DNA from: Anaeromyxobacteraceae bacterium
GTDB taxonomy: Bacteria > Myxococcota > Myxococcia > Myxococcales > Anaeromyxobacteraceae
Assembly: GCA_047602405.1 (NCBI GenBank)
Contig: JASGHJ010000002.1
Coordinates: 3,264,001-3,328,000, forward strand
DNA length: 64,000 bases
Direction: 5' to 3'
Shown here: one piece after another, positions 44,352 to 54,294 of the stretch
Layout of the letters: each line of letters begins with the position of its first letter
Position numbering within the stretch: the first letter of the stretch is position 1
Notes under the pieces: model-generated
What the model was told of the DNA's origin: nothing
Database searches by the model: none
Seen by the model: only the letters and a program-made list of their open reading frames with translations
Translations under genes and position numbers: made by a program

Positions 44352-45514
44352 CGGAGCGCCCCCAGGAAGCTCTCGCCGACGCCCGGGCGCAGCCCGAAGA
44401 ACTCGGCCACCGTCGCGCCGAGATCGGCGAACGAGCCCCGCGTGCCGAGCGCGCCGCCGCCGCGGCCCGGCGCGTGGACGACGAGCGGCACGTACTCCCG
44501 GGAGTGATCGGTGGAGGGTGTGGTGGGATCGCACCCGTGGTCGGCGGTGAGCGCGGCGACCTCGCCCGGCCGGAGCTTCGCGAGCAGGCCCGGCAGCGCC
44601 CGGTCGAGCTCCTCGAGCGCGCGCGCGTAGCCGGCGGGGTCGTTCCGGTGGCCGTAGAGCATGTCGAAGTCGACGAGGTTCACGAAGACGAGCCCGTGGT
44701 CCACCCGGTCGAGGAGCACCGCGGTCTTCGCGAGCCCGTCGGCGTTGCCCTCGGTGTGCACCTCGTCGGTGATGCCCTTGCGGTCGAAGACGTCCGGGAT
44801 CTTGCCCACGCCCACGACCGGCACGCCCGCGGCGACGAGCGCCTCGAGCACCGTGGGCGCCGGCGTCGCGAGGGAGAAGTCCTTGCGGTGGTAGGTGCGG
44901 ACGTACCTGCCCGGCGTGCCGACGAACGGCCGGGCGATGACCCGCGCGACGCGGTGGCGGTCGAGCTGGGCCCGGGCGACCTTGCACCAGCGGTAGAGCT
45001 CCTCGAGCGGCACCGTCTCCTCGTGCGCCGCGATCTGGAAGACCGAGTCGGCGGAGGTGTAGACGATGGGCTTCCCGGTGCGCTGGTGCTCCTCGCCGAG
45101 CTCCTGGATGATCGCGGTGCCGCTCGCCGCCCGGTTCGCGAGCACGCCCGGCACGCCGGTCGCGGCCACGAAGGGCTCGATGATCTCCGGCGGGAACCCG
45201 TCCGGGAACGTGGCGAGCCCCTCGCGCAGCACGACGCCCATCATCTCCCAGTGTCCGGTGATGGTGTCCTTGCCCTCCGAGCGCTCTGCCATCCTGCCGT
45301 GGAAGCCGGCGGGCGCGGGGTCGGCGGGCACGCCGAGGATCGAGGTCGTGTGCCCGAGCCCGAGCCGCCCGAGGTTGGGGAGCGCGAGCCCGCCCACCGC
45401 GCGGCTCGTGTTGCCGAGCGTGTCCGAGCCGGTGTCGCCGTACGCCGCCGCGTCCGGCAGCGCGCCGCAGCCGACCGAGTCCGCCACCAGGATGACGAAG
45501 CGCTTCCTCTCCAC
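44348..45514 (-). CDS. deoB: Phosphopentomutase
   Basis: DSVGCG, GKDTITGHWE, YTSADSVFQ, DFDMLYGHRND, TADHGCDPT. Confidence 0.96.
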   Translation of the reverse strand: MERKRFVILVADSVGCGALPDAAAYGDTGSDTLGNTSRAVGGLALPNLGRLGLGHTTSILGVPADPAPAGFHGRMAERSEGKDTITGHWEMMGVVLREGLATFPDGFPPEIIEPFVAATGVPGVLANRAASGTAIIQELGEEHQRTGKPIVYTSADSVFQIAAHEETVPLEELYRWCKVARAQLDRHRVARVIARPFVGTPGRYVRTYHRKDFSLATPAPTVLEALVAAGVPVVGVGKIPDVFDRKGITDEVHTEGNADGLAKTAVLLDRVDHGLVFVNLVDFDMLYGHRNDPAGYARALEELDRALPGLLAKLRPGEVAALTADHGCDPTTPSTDHSREYVPLVVHAPGRGGGALGTRGSFADLGATVAEFFGLRPGVGESFLGALR

Positions 45515-45586
45515 GCCCGCATTCTAGCCGCGCCCCCTCGGGGAGGCACGGTTGACGATGGGGCGGACGACCGGTACGAGACCGGA

Positions 45587-45970
45587 ATGACCGTCCTCCT
45601 CTGGGTGTCCTCGATCGTCGCGGCGGCGGCGCACGTCCTCTTCTTCCTCGAGGAGAGCGTCTGGTGGATGAAGCCCACCATCCACCAGAAGACGTTCGGG
45701 ATGTCGCTCGAGAAGGCCGAGATCGTCCGGCAGTTCGCGTTCAACCAGGGCTTCTACAACCTGTTCCTGGCGTTCGAGCTCGCCGTGGGCCTCTGGCTGC
45801 TGTCGGCGGACCAGGTGATCGCGGGGACCGCCCTCGTCGGCTTCGGCTGCGCCTCCATGCTCGGCGCCGCCCTCGTGCTCCTCGCCTCGAACCGCCACTT
45901 CTGGTTCGGGGCCGTGGTCCAGGGCGTCCCGCCGGCCCTGGCGCTCCTCGCCCTCGCGCTCCGAACCTAG
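45587..45970 (+). CDS. DUF1304 family membrane protein
   Basis: HVLFFLEES...FNQGFYNLFLA; TTGACG-17-TACGAG upstream. Confidence 0.85.
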   Translation: MTVLLWVSSIVAAAAHVLFFLEESVWWMKPTIHQKTFGMSLEKAEIVRQFAFNQGFYNLFLAFELAVGLWLLSADQVIAGTALVGFGCASMLGAALVLLASNRHFWFGAVVQGVPPALALLALALRT

Positions 45971-46007
45971 GACCCTCTGCGCCGATGCCGATGCGGCGCT
46001 GATGCAG

Positions 46008-46060
46008 TTCCTGTTCCTGTTCCTGTTCCTGATCCGGCTCCTGATCCTGCTCCTGCCCGG
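46008..46060. repeat. Degenerate hexamer array (TCCTGN)n
   Basis: TTCCTG x4 followed by ATCCGG CTCCTG ATCCTG CTCCTG. Confidence 0.75.
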
Positions 46061-46141
46061 AGTCCATGGCCCGCCCGCCCCACGGAGAGGACGGACGGGC
46101 CATGGTGGGAACGCCCGGAGGGGCGGGCGTCGGCCGGGAGG

Positions 46142-47158
46142 CTACGCGGCGGCGGTGTAGCCCTCGTCGGCCTTCGCCTTCCCGCGGAAGACTCGGTACG
46201 CGAAGATCGTGTAGCCGATCACGACCGGCACGCCGAGGAGCGCGATGACGAGCATCGTCGTGAGCGTCCGCGGCGACGAGGAGGCGTTGTAGACGGTCAG
46301 GCTCTTCTCGAGGCCCAGGCTCGACGGGACGAGCACCGGGAAGGCGTTCGCCGCCACCGTGAGCAGCCCGGCCACGATCACCACCGACGAGGAGAGGAAC
46401 GCGCGCCCGGTCTTGCCGGCGCGGGTGAAGACCGGCACGCCGACGAGCCCCGCCGCGAGGACCGCGAGCAGGACCAGCGTGAGCGGGCTCGCGAGGCGCC
46501 CGAAGAGGAAGGGCGAGCCCACGTAGCTCCAGGCGGTCGCGGCGAGGAAGAGCGCAACGAACCCGGCCCAGGCGCCGACCGCGACCTTCGCCATGCGCTC
46601 CTCGAGGGCCCCCTCCGACTTCATCCGCAGGTAGACCGCGCCGTGCATCACGAACATGGCGAGCGAGACCAGGCCCACCAGGATCGCGTACGGGTTGAGG
46701 AGGCCGAGGAAGCTGCCCTTCCAGACCGCGCCGGTGTCGACCGGCACCCCGTGGAGCACGTTGCCGACCGCCACGCCGAAGAGGATGGCGGGGAGGAGGG
46801 AGCCCACGCCGAAGGCCAGGTCCCAGGCGCGCTTGTGCTCGGGCATCGCCGCGCGGAACTCCATCGAGACCGCGCGGGCGATGAGCGCCACGAGCACCAG
46901 CACGAGCGCGAGGTAGAAGCCGCTGAAGACGGTGGCGTAGACGACGGGGAAGGCGGCGAAGAGCGCGCCGCCGCCGGTGAGCAGCCACACCTCGTTGCCG
47001 TCCCAGACCGGGCCGACCGCCGCGACGTGGACGTCGCGCTCGGCCTCGGACCTCGCGAAGAGCGACAGGGCGCCGATGCCGAGGTCGAAGCCGTCGAGCA
47101 CCGCGTAGCCGGCGATGAGCACGCCGACGAGCACGAACCAGATCAGGTTGAGGTCCAT
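46142..47158 (-). CDS. cydB: Cytochrome bd oxidase subunit II
   Basis: LDGFDLG, PVWDGNEVWL, FSGFY. Confidence 0.95.
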   Translation of the reverse strand: MDLNLIWFVLVGVLIAGYAVLDGFDLGIGALSLFARSEAERDVHVAAVGPVWDGNEVWLLTGGGALFAAFPVVYATVFSGFYLALVLVLVALIARAVSMEFRAAMPEHKRAWDLAFGVGSLLPAILFGVAVGNVLHGVPVDTGAVWKGSFLGLLNPYAILVGLVSLAMFVMHGAVYLRMKSEGALEERMAKVAVGAWAGFVALFLAATAWSYVGSPFLFGRLASPLTLVLLAVLAAGLVGVPVFTRAGKTGRAFLSSSVVIVAGLLTVAANAFPVLVPSSLGLEKSLTVYNASSSPRTLTTMLVIALLGVPVVIGYTIFAYRVFRGKAKADEGYTAAA

Positions 47159-47172
47159 GGCAGGTCTCCCGG

Positions 47173-48552
47173 TCAGACGGCCGCCGCGGCGGCGTGCCTG
47201 GTCTTCTTGATCATGAGGGTGAGCCAGAGCGCGCCCAGGCCCAGGTAGATCGCGGTGAAGAGGAGGAAGGACGTGAGGAGCTCCGGGACGCCGACCGTCG
47301 CCGAGTGCGCGACCGCCGTGCGCAGGCCGGCGAAGGACGTGCCGTCGGCCTGGACGCCGGGGTGGACGATCCAGGGCTGGCGCCCCACCTCCGCGGCCAC
47401 CCACCCGAGCTGGCACGCCAGCACCGGCAGCGGGATGGACCACACGAGCGCCTTCAGGACCCTCGGGCTCTCCTCCAGCTTCCCCTGCGTGAGGCGGACG
47501 GCCGCGAGCGCCATGAGCGCGATGAACCACAGGCCGAGCGCGACCATGTTGTGGAACGAGACGAACGTGAGCCAGAGCGGCGGCCGCTCGTCCTCGGGGA
47601 AGGCGTCGAGCCCCTTCACCGGCGCGTTGAAGTCGCCGAACGCCAGCCAGGACAGCAGGCCCGGGATCTCGATGGCCGCCGCGAGGTCCGGCTTCGGCGG
47701 CGGGCCGCCCGAACTGAAGGGCACGCCGAAGACCACCATCGGGGCCTTCGCGTCCTGCGTCACGTAGAGCCCCTCGATGGCGGCGAACTTCGCGGGCTGG
47801 GTGTGCGCGACCTGCTGCGCGTGCATGTGGCCGAAGGGCATCGCCTCGAGGACCGCGAAGACGAGGCCGTAGGCGACGCCGATGCGGACGCCCTTCCTCG
47901 CGAAGCCCGCGCCGCGGTTCCTGAGGAGGTGCCACGCCGAGACGCCGGCGACGATGAAGGCGCCGGTGACGAGCGCGGCCGTCACGGTGTGGAGGTAGCG
48001 CGGCATCGTGGAGGGGTTGAAGACCGCGTCCATGAAGCTCGTGAGCTCGGCGCGCTGCCCGCCGCCGGGCAGGTCCACCACGTGGAAGCCGGCCGGGGTC
48101 TGCTGCCAGGAGTTCGCGACGATGATCCAGAACGCCGAGAGCGTCGAGCCGACCGCCACCATCAGCGCCGAGAACCAGTGCATCCGCTTCGAGAGGCGGC
48201 TCCGGCCGAAGAGGTACAGCCCCATGAACGTGGACTCGAGGAAGAAGGCGAAGACGCCCTCCGCCGCGAGCGGCGCGCCGAAGATGTCGCCGACGAAGGT
48301 GGAGTAGCGCGCCCAGTTCGTGCCGAACTGGAACTCCATCACGATGCCCGTCGCGACGCCCACCGCGAAGGTGATGGCGAGGAGCTTGCCGACGAGCTGC
48401 GCGAGCCTGCGGTACTCGGCGTCGTCCTTCTTCCAGCCGAGCCACTCGATGACGACGACCATCCACGCCAGCCCGATCGAGATGGGCGGGAAGATGAAGT
48501 GGAACCCGACGGTCACGGCGAACTGCAGCCGGGCGAGGAACAAGGCATCCAT
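47173..48552 (-). CDS. cydA: Cytochrome bd oxidase subunit I
   Basis: ARLQFA..GFHFIF, GIVMEFQFGTNW, ANSWQQTP, QPAKFAAIEG, EVGRQPW. Confidence 0.95.
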   Translation of the reverse strand: MDALFLARLQFAVTVGFHFIFPPISIGLAWMVVVIEWLGWKKDDAEYRRLAQLVGKLLAITFAVGVATGIVMEFQFGTNWARYSTFVGDIFGAPLAAEGVFAFFLESTFMGLYLFGRSRLSKRMHWFSALMVAVGSTLSAFWIIVANSWQQTPAGFHVVDLPGGGQRAELTSFMDAVFNPSTMPRYLHTVTAALVTGAFIVAGVSAWHLLRNRGAGFARKGVRIGVAYGLVFAVLEAMPFGHMHAQQVAHTQPAKFAAIEGLYVTQDAKAPMVVFGVPFSSGGPPPKPDLAAAIEIPGLLSWLAFGDFNAPVKGLDAFPEDERPPLWLTFVSFHNMVALGLWFIALMALAAVRLTQGKLEESPRVLKALVWSIPLPVLACQLGWVAAEVGRQPWIVHPGVQADGTSFAGLRTAVAHSATVGVPELLTSFLLFTAIYLGLGALWLTLMIKKTRHAAAAAV

Positions 48553-48641
48553 GGTGGATCTCCGTGTCTGTGATCCGGATGGGCCTGCCGCGGCGCCTCG
48601 CCGCAGCCCCCTGCGTGCCCGCTCCGGATGGCCCCCGGGAG

Positions 48642-48657
48642 AGCAAGCGCGGTGCCG
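48642..48657 (-). promoter_or_regulatory. Sigma54 -24/-12 promoter upstream of cydA
   Basis: Minus strand CGGCAC-CGCGC-TTGCT with canonical GG-N10-GC spacing, about 90 nt before the ATG. Confidence 0.7.
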
Positions 48658-48716
48658 CGGGGCGCACCGCGTCGGATCGCGGGGTTGCGCGCGCGGCGTC
48701 CGCTCCGGGGAGGTGA

Positions 48717-48737
48717 CCTGGGGTGAATGACCCCAGG
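48717..48737. promoter_or_regulatory. Palindrome, candidate enhancer-binding site
   Basis: CCTGGGGT-gaatg-ACCCCAGG, 60-80 nt upstream of the -24 box. Confidence 0.5.
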
Positions 48738-48818
48738 GGCGAGCTGGGATCGGCGTGTACGTTTGCCGACGGTGCGCGGCGAGACGCCGCGCCCCTCTCC
48801 GGGACGCGCGGGGCGCGC

Positions 48819-50237
48819 CTACGCGGGCGGCTCCTCCGCGTCCTCCTCGGCCTCGGGCCCCGGACGCAGGGGACCCACGAGCCCGTAGGTGCGGATCTTG
48901 GAGAACAGGGTGCGCCGGTCGATGCCGAGCACCCGCGCCGCCGCGGAGCGGTTCCAGCGGCACAGCCCCAGCACCCGCTCCACGTGCTCGCGCTCGACCT
49001 CGGCGAGGGTGAGGGCGGCGTGCGGGGCGGGGGCGCCCGGCTCGTCGGACGGCGCGGGCGCCCGCAGCGCCGCGGGCAGATCGGTCACGTCGATGCTCCG
49101 GCCGCGCGCCGAGACGAGCGCCCGCTCGAGCACGTTGCGGAGCTCGCGGACGTTGCCCGGCCAGCGCTGGCGCGCGAGCGCCTCGAGCGCCGCCCCGGTC
49201 AGGCCACCCGCGGCGAGCCCGCGCTCGCGCGCGATCTCGAGGAGGAGGCCGTCGGCGAGCGCCGGGACGTCCTCGGGGCGCTGCGCGAGCGCCGGCATCT
49301 GGATGCGCAGGACGTCGAGCCGGTAGAAGAGGTCCTCCCGGAAGGCGCCGCGCTTCACCTGATCGTCGAGGTCGCGGTTCGTCGCCGCGATGATCCGGAG
49401 GTCCACCCGCACGGGCCGGGGGGCGCCCACCGGCGTCACCTCGCCCTCCTGGAGCGCCCGCAGGAGCTTCGCCTGCGAGGGGAGCGGGAGCTCGCCGACC
49501 TCGTCGAGGAAGAGCGTGCCGCCGCTCGCCTGCTCCATCAGGCCGACCTGGTTCGTCACGGCGCCGGTGAAGGCGCCCTTCCGGTGGCCGAAGAGCGTGC
49601 TCTCGAGGAGCGCCTCCGGCACCGCCGCGCAGTTCACCGGCACGAAGGGCCCGGCCGCCCGCGGGCCCTCGAAGTGGATCGCCCGCGCCGCGAGCTCCTT
49701 GCCGGTGCCGCTCGGCCCGGTGACGAGCACGGTCGCCGAGACCGCCGCCGCCTCCCGGATCGCCTCGCGCACCGCCTTGATGCCCGGCGACCGCCCGAGG
49801 AGCCGGTCGGCCGAGCCGCGCGCCTTCACCGCCCGGCGCAGGCCGTCCACCTCGCCGACGAGCGCCACCTCGCGGGCGGCGTTGCGGAGCACCGCCGCGA
49901 TCTCCTCCACCCGGAACGGCTTCGTGACGTAGGTGTACGCGCCGGCGCGCATCGCCTCGACGGCGTCGTCCACCGAGCCGAAGGCGGTCATGAGGACCAC
50001 CTTCACGACCGGCCAGCGCTCGCGGACCTGGGCGAGCAGCGTGCGCCCGTCCATGCCCGGCATGCGGACATCGGAGAGGACCACGTCCGCGGGCAGCTCC
50101 TCGAGCGCACCGAGCGCCGCCGCCGCGCCGCGCACCCCGCGCACCGCGTAGCCCATGCGCTCGAGGTGGCTCGTGAGGATCTCGAGGAGGCGCGCGTCGT
50201 CCTCGACGACGAGCACCGACAGCACGCGCCCGACCAT
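48819..50237 (-). CDS. Sigma54-dependent NtrC-family response regulator
   Basis: Receiver (VEDD, SDVRMP), GPSGTGKE, GAFTGA, FREDLFYRL, WPGNVREL, Fis-type HTH. Confidence 0.95.
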   Translation of the reverse strand: MVGRVLSVLVVEDDARLLEILTSHLERMGYAVRGVRGAAAALGALEELPADVVLSDVRMPGMDGRTLLAQVRERWPVVKVVLMTAFGSVDDAVEAMRAGAYTYVTKPFRVEEIAAVLRNAAREVALVGEVDGLRRAVKARGSADRLLGRSPGIKAVREAIREAAAVSATVLVTGPSGTGKELAARAIHFEGPRAAGPFVPVNCAAVPEALLESTLFGHRKGAFTGAVTNQVGLMEQASGGTLFLDEVGELPLPSQAKLLRALQEGEVTPVGAPRPVRVDLRIIAATNRDLDDQVKRGAFREDLFYRLDVLRIQMPALAQRPEDVPALADGLLLEIARERGLAAGGLTGAALEALARQRWPGNVRELRNVLERALVSARGRSIDVTDLPAALRAPAPSDEPGAPAPHAALTLAEVEREHVERVLGLCRWNRSAAARVLGIDRRTLFSKIRTYGLVGPLRPGPEAEEDAEEPPA

Positions 50238-50238
50238 C

Positions 50239-52102
50239 TCAGGCGACCTCCCGGGACGCCTGCCCCGCCGGGTGCGCGTCGCCGGGCGGGACCGCCGGCA
50301 GCTGCACCGCGAAGCTCGCCCCCCCGAGCGCGCCCCTGCCCACGACCACGTCGCCGCCGTGGCTCGCGACCACCCGGGCGCAGACGGCGAGGCCCAGGCC
50401 GGTGCCGTCGGGGCGCGTCGTGAAGAAGGGATCGAAGATGCGTTCGCGGAGCGCCTCGGGCACGCCCGGCCCGTCGTCCTCGACCTCGATCCGCACGCCC
50501 GGGCCGCCCGCCGACACGGCGTGGGCGCGGACGACGACCCGGCCGCCCTCGTCCACGGCCTGGGAGGCGTTGAGGACGAGGTTGAGGAGCACCTGCTGGA
50601 GCTCGTCGGGGTCGGCGACCACCTCGGGGAGCCCCACCTCGAGGTCGCGCTCGACCTGCACGCGCTTGCGCCCGAGGGGCACCGAGAGGAACGAGAGGAC
50701 CCGCTCGACCGCCTCCGGCACCGCCACCGCGGAGCGGCCGCCGCCCTTCGCGCGCGCGAGCGAGAGGAGCTCGCGGACGAGCCGGCTGATGCGATCGGTC
50801 TCGGCGACGATTCTGCTTCAACCGCTCCCCGTGCGCCGGCGGCACGCCGTCGAGGAGCAGGTACTCGGCCGTGGCGCTGATGACGTTGAGGGGCGTGCCG
50901 ATCTCGTGGGCGAGGCCCGCGGCGAGGCTGCCGACGGTGGCGAGCTTCTCCGAGCGCATGATCTGGCGCTCGAGCCGCTGGGTCGCCGAGACGTCGCGCG
51001 CCACCACCGCGATGCCCGAGGGGTCGCCCGCCGAGGTGCCGAGGAGCTGCGCCGAGAGCTCGACCGCGACCTGCTCGCCGCCGGCGTCGAGCCACTCCAT
51101 CCGGCGCGCGTGGACCGGGCTCCCGCCCGCGACGGTGGCGAGCACCTCCGCCACGGCCGGCGCGCCCACGACCTCGGCGAGCGGGCGCCCGTGGACCCCG
51201 GCGGCGGGGCGCCCGAGGAGCTGCTCCGCCGCGCGGTTCCAGCTCGTGACGGTGCCCGCGAGGTCCGTGCCCACGATGGCGTCGGCGGCCTCGCGGTTGA
51301 TGTGGGCGAGGAGCTGCTCCTGGGTCGCGACCCGGACGCGGAGCTCCTGCAGGGCCGAGACGTCGCGCACCAGCACCGACCGGCCGATGCGGGTGCCGCG
51401 CTCGTCCCGGAGCGCCACGGCGGACAGCGCCACCGGAACGCGCCGGCCGTCCTTCGCGAGCCGGACCGTGTCGAAGCGCTTGACGCTCCCCTCGCGCGCC
51501 ACCTGGGCGGCCGTCACCCGCTCCTCCCCGCGCCGGTCCTCCGGGACGACGAGGTCGATGCGCTTCCCGAGCGCCTCCTCCCGGGTCCAGCCGAAGATCG
51601 CCTCCGCCTCGTCGCCCCAGGAGACGATGCGCTCCTCGAGGTCGACCACGATCATCGCGCCGCCCATGGCGGCCGCGGACTCGGCGGCGAGGCGACTGCG
51701 GCCGCCGGCGAGGCCCGGCGCCACGGTCGACAGCGGGATGAAGCTCTCGGCGACCCAGTGGAGCTGGCCGTCGCGGTCGTGCACCGGGATCGCCCGGACG
51801 CGGAACGCCTCCGGCGGGCCGCCGTGCAGGCCGCGCTCGCGCACGCCCTCGTGCGGCTTCCCGGTGCGGAACACCACGAGCGGCAGGCAATCCGGACAGC
51901 GCTGCCCGGCGCGCCAGAGCGACTGGAAGCAGTGGTGACCGCCGCAGGAGAGCTCCTCGGCGACGTCCTTCACGAGATCGTTCGCCCAGCGGACCTTCAT
52001 CTCCCGGTCGACGAGCGTGCACGCCACGCCCAGGCTCGAGAGCGCCGCGCCGAGCGGGTCGAGGTCGGAGGGCTCCGCGATGCGGAGGGGCGGCCGGTCC
52101 AT
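50239..52102 (-). CDS. Cytoplasmic multi-PAS sensor histidine kinase; +1 frameshift at 50809-50813
   Basis: Three PAS-like domains, AHEIGTPL H-box; reading GAATC as GATC gives KQIVAETDRISRLVRELL and joins the HATPase (NLVLNA, DDGPG, GTGLGL). Confidence 0.9.
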
Positions 52103-52186
52103 GGGGCGCGACCGTACCGCGCCGGCGGTGCGGGCGGAAGGTGAGGCGCCCTGCCGCGCGGCGGAGGCCGGGTTAAGCTCCGGTCC

Positions 52187-52822
52187 ATGCGCATCGACGT
52201 CTGGAGCGACCTCGTCTGCCCGTGGTGCTACCTCGGCAAGCGCCGCCTCGAGAAGGCGCTCGAGGCCTTCGAGCACCGGGCCGAGGTCGAGGTGAAGTTC
52301 CACGCCTTCCAGCTCGACCCGACGCTCCCCCGCGGCGAGACCTTCCCCCAGCTCGACGTCCTCGTGGAGAAGTACGGGAGCCCCGCCGCCGAGCTCGAGG
52401 CGATGCAGCGCAAGCTCGAGGGGCTCGCCGCGGAGGACGGCCTCGAGGTCCACCTCGTGGGCGGCCGGACCGGCAACACCCTCGACGCGCACCGGGTGGT
52501 GAAGCTCGCGACGATCCGCGGGGTCGAGGGGGTGGTCGTGAACCGGCTCTTCCGCGCGCACTTCGCCGAGAAGCGGTCGATCTTCGACGCGGAGAGCCTC
52601 GCCGCGCTCGGCGCCGAGGCCGGCCTCGACGCCGGGGAGGTCAGGGCGTGCGTCGAGCAGCAGGCGCTCGGGCCCGAGGTCGAGGAGGACTTCCGGATGG
52701 CCCGCGAGATGGGCGTCCGCGGCGTGCCGTTCTTCCTCATCGACCGGACCTACGCCGTGAACGGCGCGCAGCCCGTCGACCTGTGGTCGAGGGCGCTCGC
52801 GCACGCGCGCAAGGGCGCCTAG
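52187..52822 (+). CDS. DsbA family oxidoreductase (FrnE-like)
   Basis: WSDLVCPWCYLG, GVPFF, GAQP. Confidence 0.92.
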   Translation: MRIDVWSDLVCPWCYLGKRRLEKALEAFEHRAEVEVKFHAFQLDPTLPRGETFPQLDVLVEKYGSPAAELEAMQRKLEGLAAEDGLEVHLVGGRTGNTLDAHRVVKLATIRGVEGVVVNRLFRAHFAEKRSIFDAESLAALGAEAGLDAGEVRACVEQQALGPEVEEDFRMAREMGVRGVPFFLIDRTYAVNGAQPVDLWSRALAHARKGA

Positions 52823-52825
52823 GCC

Positions 52826-54268
52826 CAATGCCGCTCACTTAAGCCCTCGGCGTTTCCGGGGGTAGTTGCTCATCTTGATCTTCACGGCCCTCGGGTAGGA
52901 CCGCAGCCGTCGCTTCGGCAGGATGAAGTGCACGACGTCTTCCCGGAGGCGGCGGAGGTGCTCCGGGATGCGTCCCGCGCTCTCTAGGGAGAGCGTTAGG
53001 AGGGCGTGCTCGATGTACATGAGCGCGTTCTTGAAGCTGACGCGGTCGGGCGTGACGCCGGCGTCCTCGGCCATGCGCTCCATCTCGAGCCGGACGAGGT
53101 TGTACGCGAGGGCGAGGCCCCAGAGCTCCTGGGAGACGCCGCGAGGAGTCCTGCTGCGCGTCGTCTCCTCGCGGTCGAGCATGACAGTCTTGACCTCGTC
53201 GTAGCCGAGCTCGATCTCCCAGCGCTCGTGGTAGAGCGCGACGATCTCGGCCGCCGGGTAAACCTCCGGGTCCGTCATCGACGTCAGCAGGGTCTGAGGC
53301 TTGAAGCCCTTCCGCTGATAGCGGATCGCCCGCATCTCCCAGCGCTCGGGGAGGTCAGGGTTCTCTCGGCGGGCGTCCCGGTGGACGGTCTTCTCGACGA
53401 GCCAGTCGCCGCGCCCGAGCGAGCGGACTACCTTCCAGGCCGTGTCGCTCTTCGCGCGGATGAGCCAGTGCCTTCGATGCCCGTGGCTCGCAATGCCGAT
53501 GAGCAGCGCCGACGAGAGGAAGTTGCGATCCACGATGCACAGCGACTCGTCCGGCACGAGCGGCCACAACTCCCTGGCGAGAGCGATCTCGCTGCCCGAC
53601 TGTGGACCGAAGCGGGCCGCCGCCAGCAGGTGCGAGCGGAGGGCCATCAGCGTGACGAGGCGTGCCATCGGATACGCGCTCTCGCCTCGGGAGCTCACGG
53701 CGTAGCCGAAATGATCGCGGTTCGCTTCGGAGTCCGGGAGACGGACGGTCGTGCCGTCCACGCCGTAGACGGCGAGCCCGCGCCACGCGTGCCGGCGCGC
53801 ACTCTCGTGCGCCCACTTTTCGGCGCTGCGTTCGAACAGCCAGCGGATGGGCTCGCTGCCCAGCCGCTCGCGCGCCTGGGTCACCGAACTCGAGGCCGCG
53901 CGCGGGCGCCGCCCCGGTAGCGCGAGATCGAGCTCCGCGACGATCTCGGCGATGGGCTTGTTACGGTAGATGCCCATCCCGAGCACGAGCCAGACGACCT
54001 GCTCGGCTGGAAGGCGGCGCCGGCGGATGGTGGCCGTCCCGGTGGCCTGAAGGGCTTCCTCGATCCATTCGGGATCGAGGCTCGCCTGGAACCTATCCAG
54101 CAACTCGCCCGAGCTGTCCTCTTGGGCGGAAACGGGGCGACGCGGCATGGGATCGCCCTCCGGGCGATCGCCGCATCATGATCTCCTGGATCGCCGCGGC
54201 AACTCTGCTGCCCCGGCCTCCAAAATCCCCATCGGTCTCGATCGGTTGGCGCTAACCGATCGGCATTG
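52826..54268 (-). mobile_element. IS4-family insertion sequence, 1443 bp
   Basis: Ends CAATGCCGCTCACTTA and (reverse complement) CAATGCCGATCGGTTA; 10-bp direct repeat CGCCTAGGCC at 52816-52825 and 54269-54278. Confidence 0.93.
52835..54148 (-). CDS. IS4 family DDE transposase
   Basis: RRRRLPAEQVVW, VDGT, VDRNF, YHERWEIELGYDEVK (YREK motif). Confidence 0.95.
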   Translation of the reverse strand: MPRRPVSAQEDSSGELLDRFQASLDPEWIEEALQATGTATIRRRRLPAEQVVWLVLGMGIYRNKPIAEIVAELDLALPGRRPRAASSSVTQARERLGSEPIRWLFERSAEKWAHESARRHAWRGLAVYGVDGTTVRLPDSEANRDHFGYAVSSRGESAYPMARLVTLMALRSHLLAAARFGPQSGSEIALARELWPLVPDESLCIVDRNFLSSALLIGIASHGHRRHWLIRAKSDTAWKVVRSLGRGDWLVEKTVHRDARRENPDLPERWEMRAIRYQRKGFKPQTLLTSMTDPEVYPAAEIVALYHERWEIELGYDEVKTVMLDREETTRSRTPRGVSQELWGLALAYNLVRLEMERMAEDAGVTPDRVSFKNALMYIEHALLTLSLESAGRIPEHLRRLREDVVHFILPKRRLRSYPRAVKIKMSNYPRKRRGLK

Positions 54269-54294
54269 CGCCTAGGCCCCGGCGCGCTGCCGGG

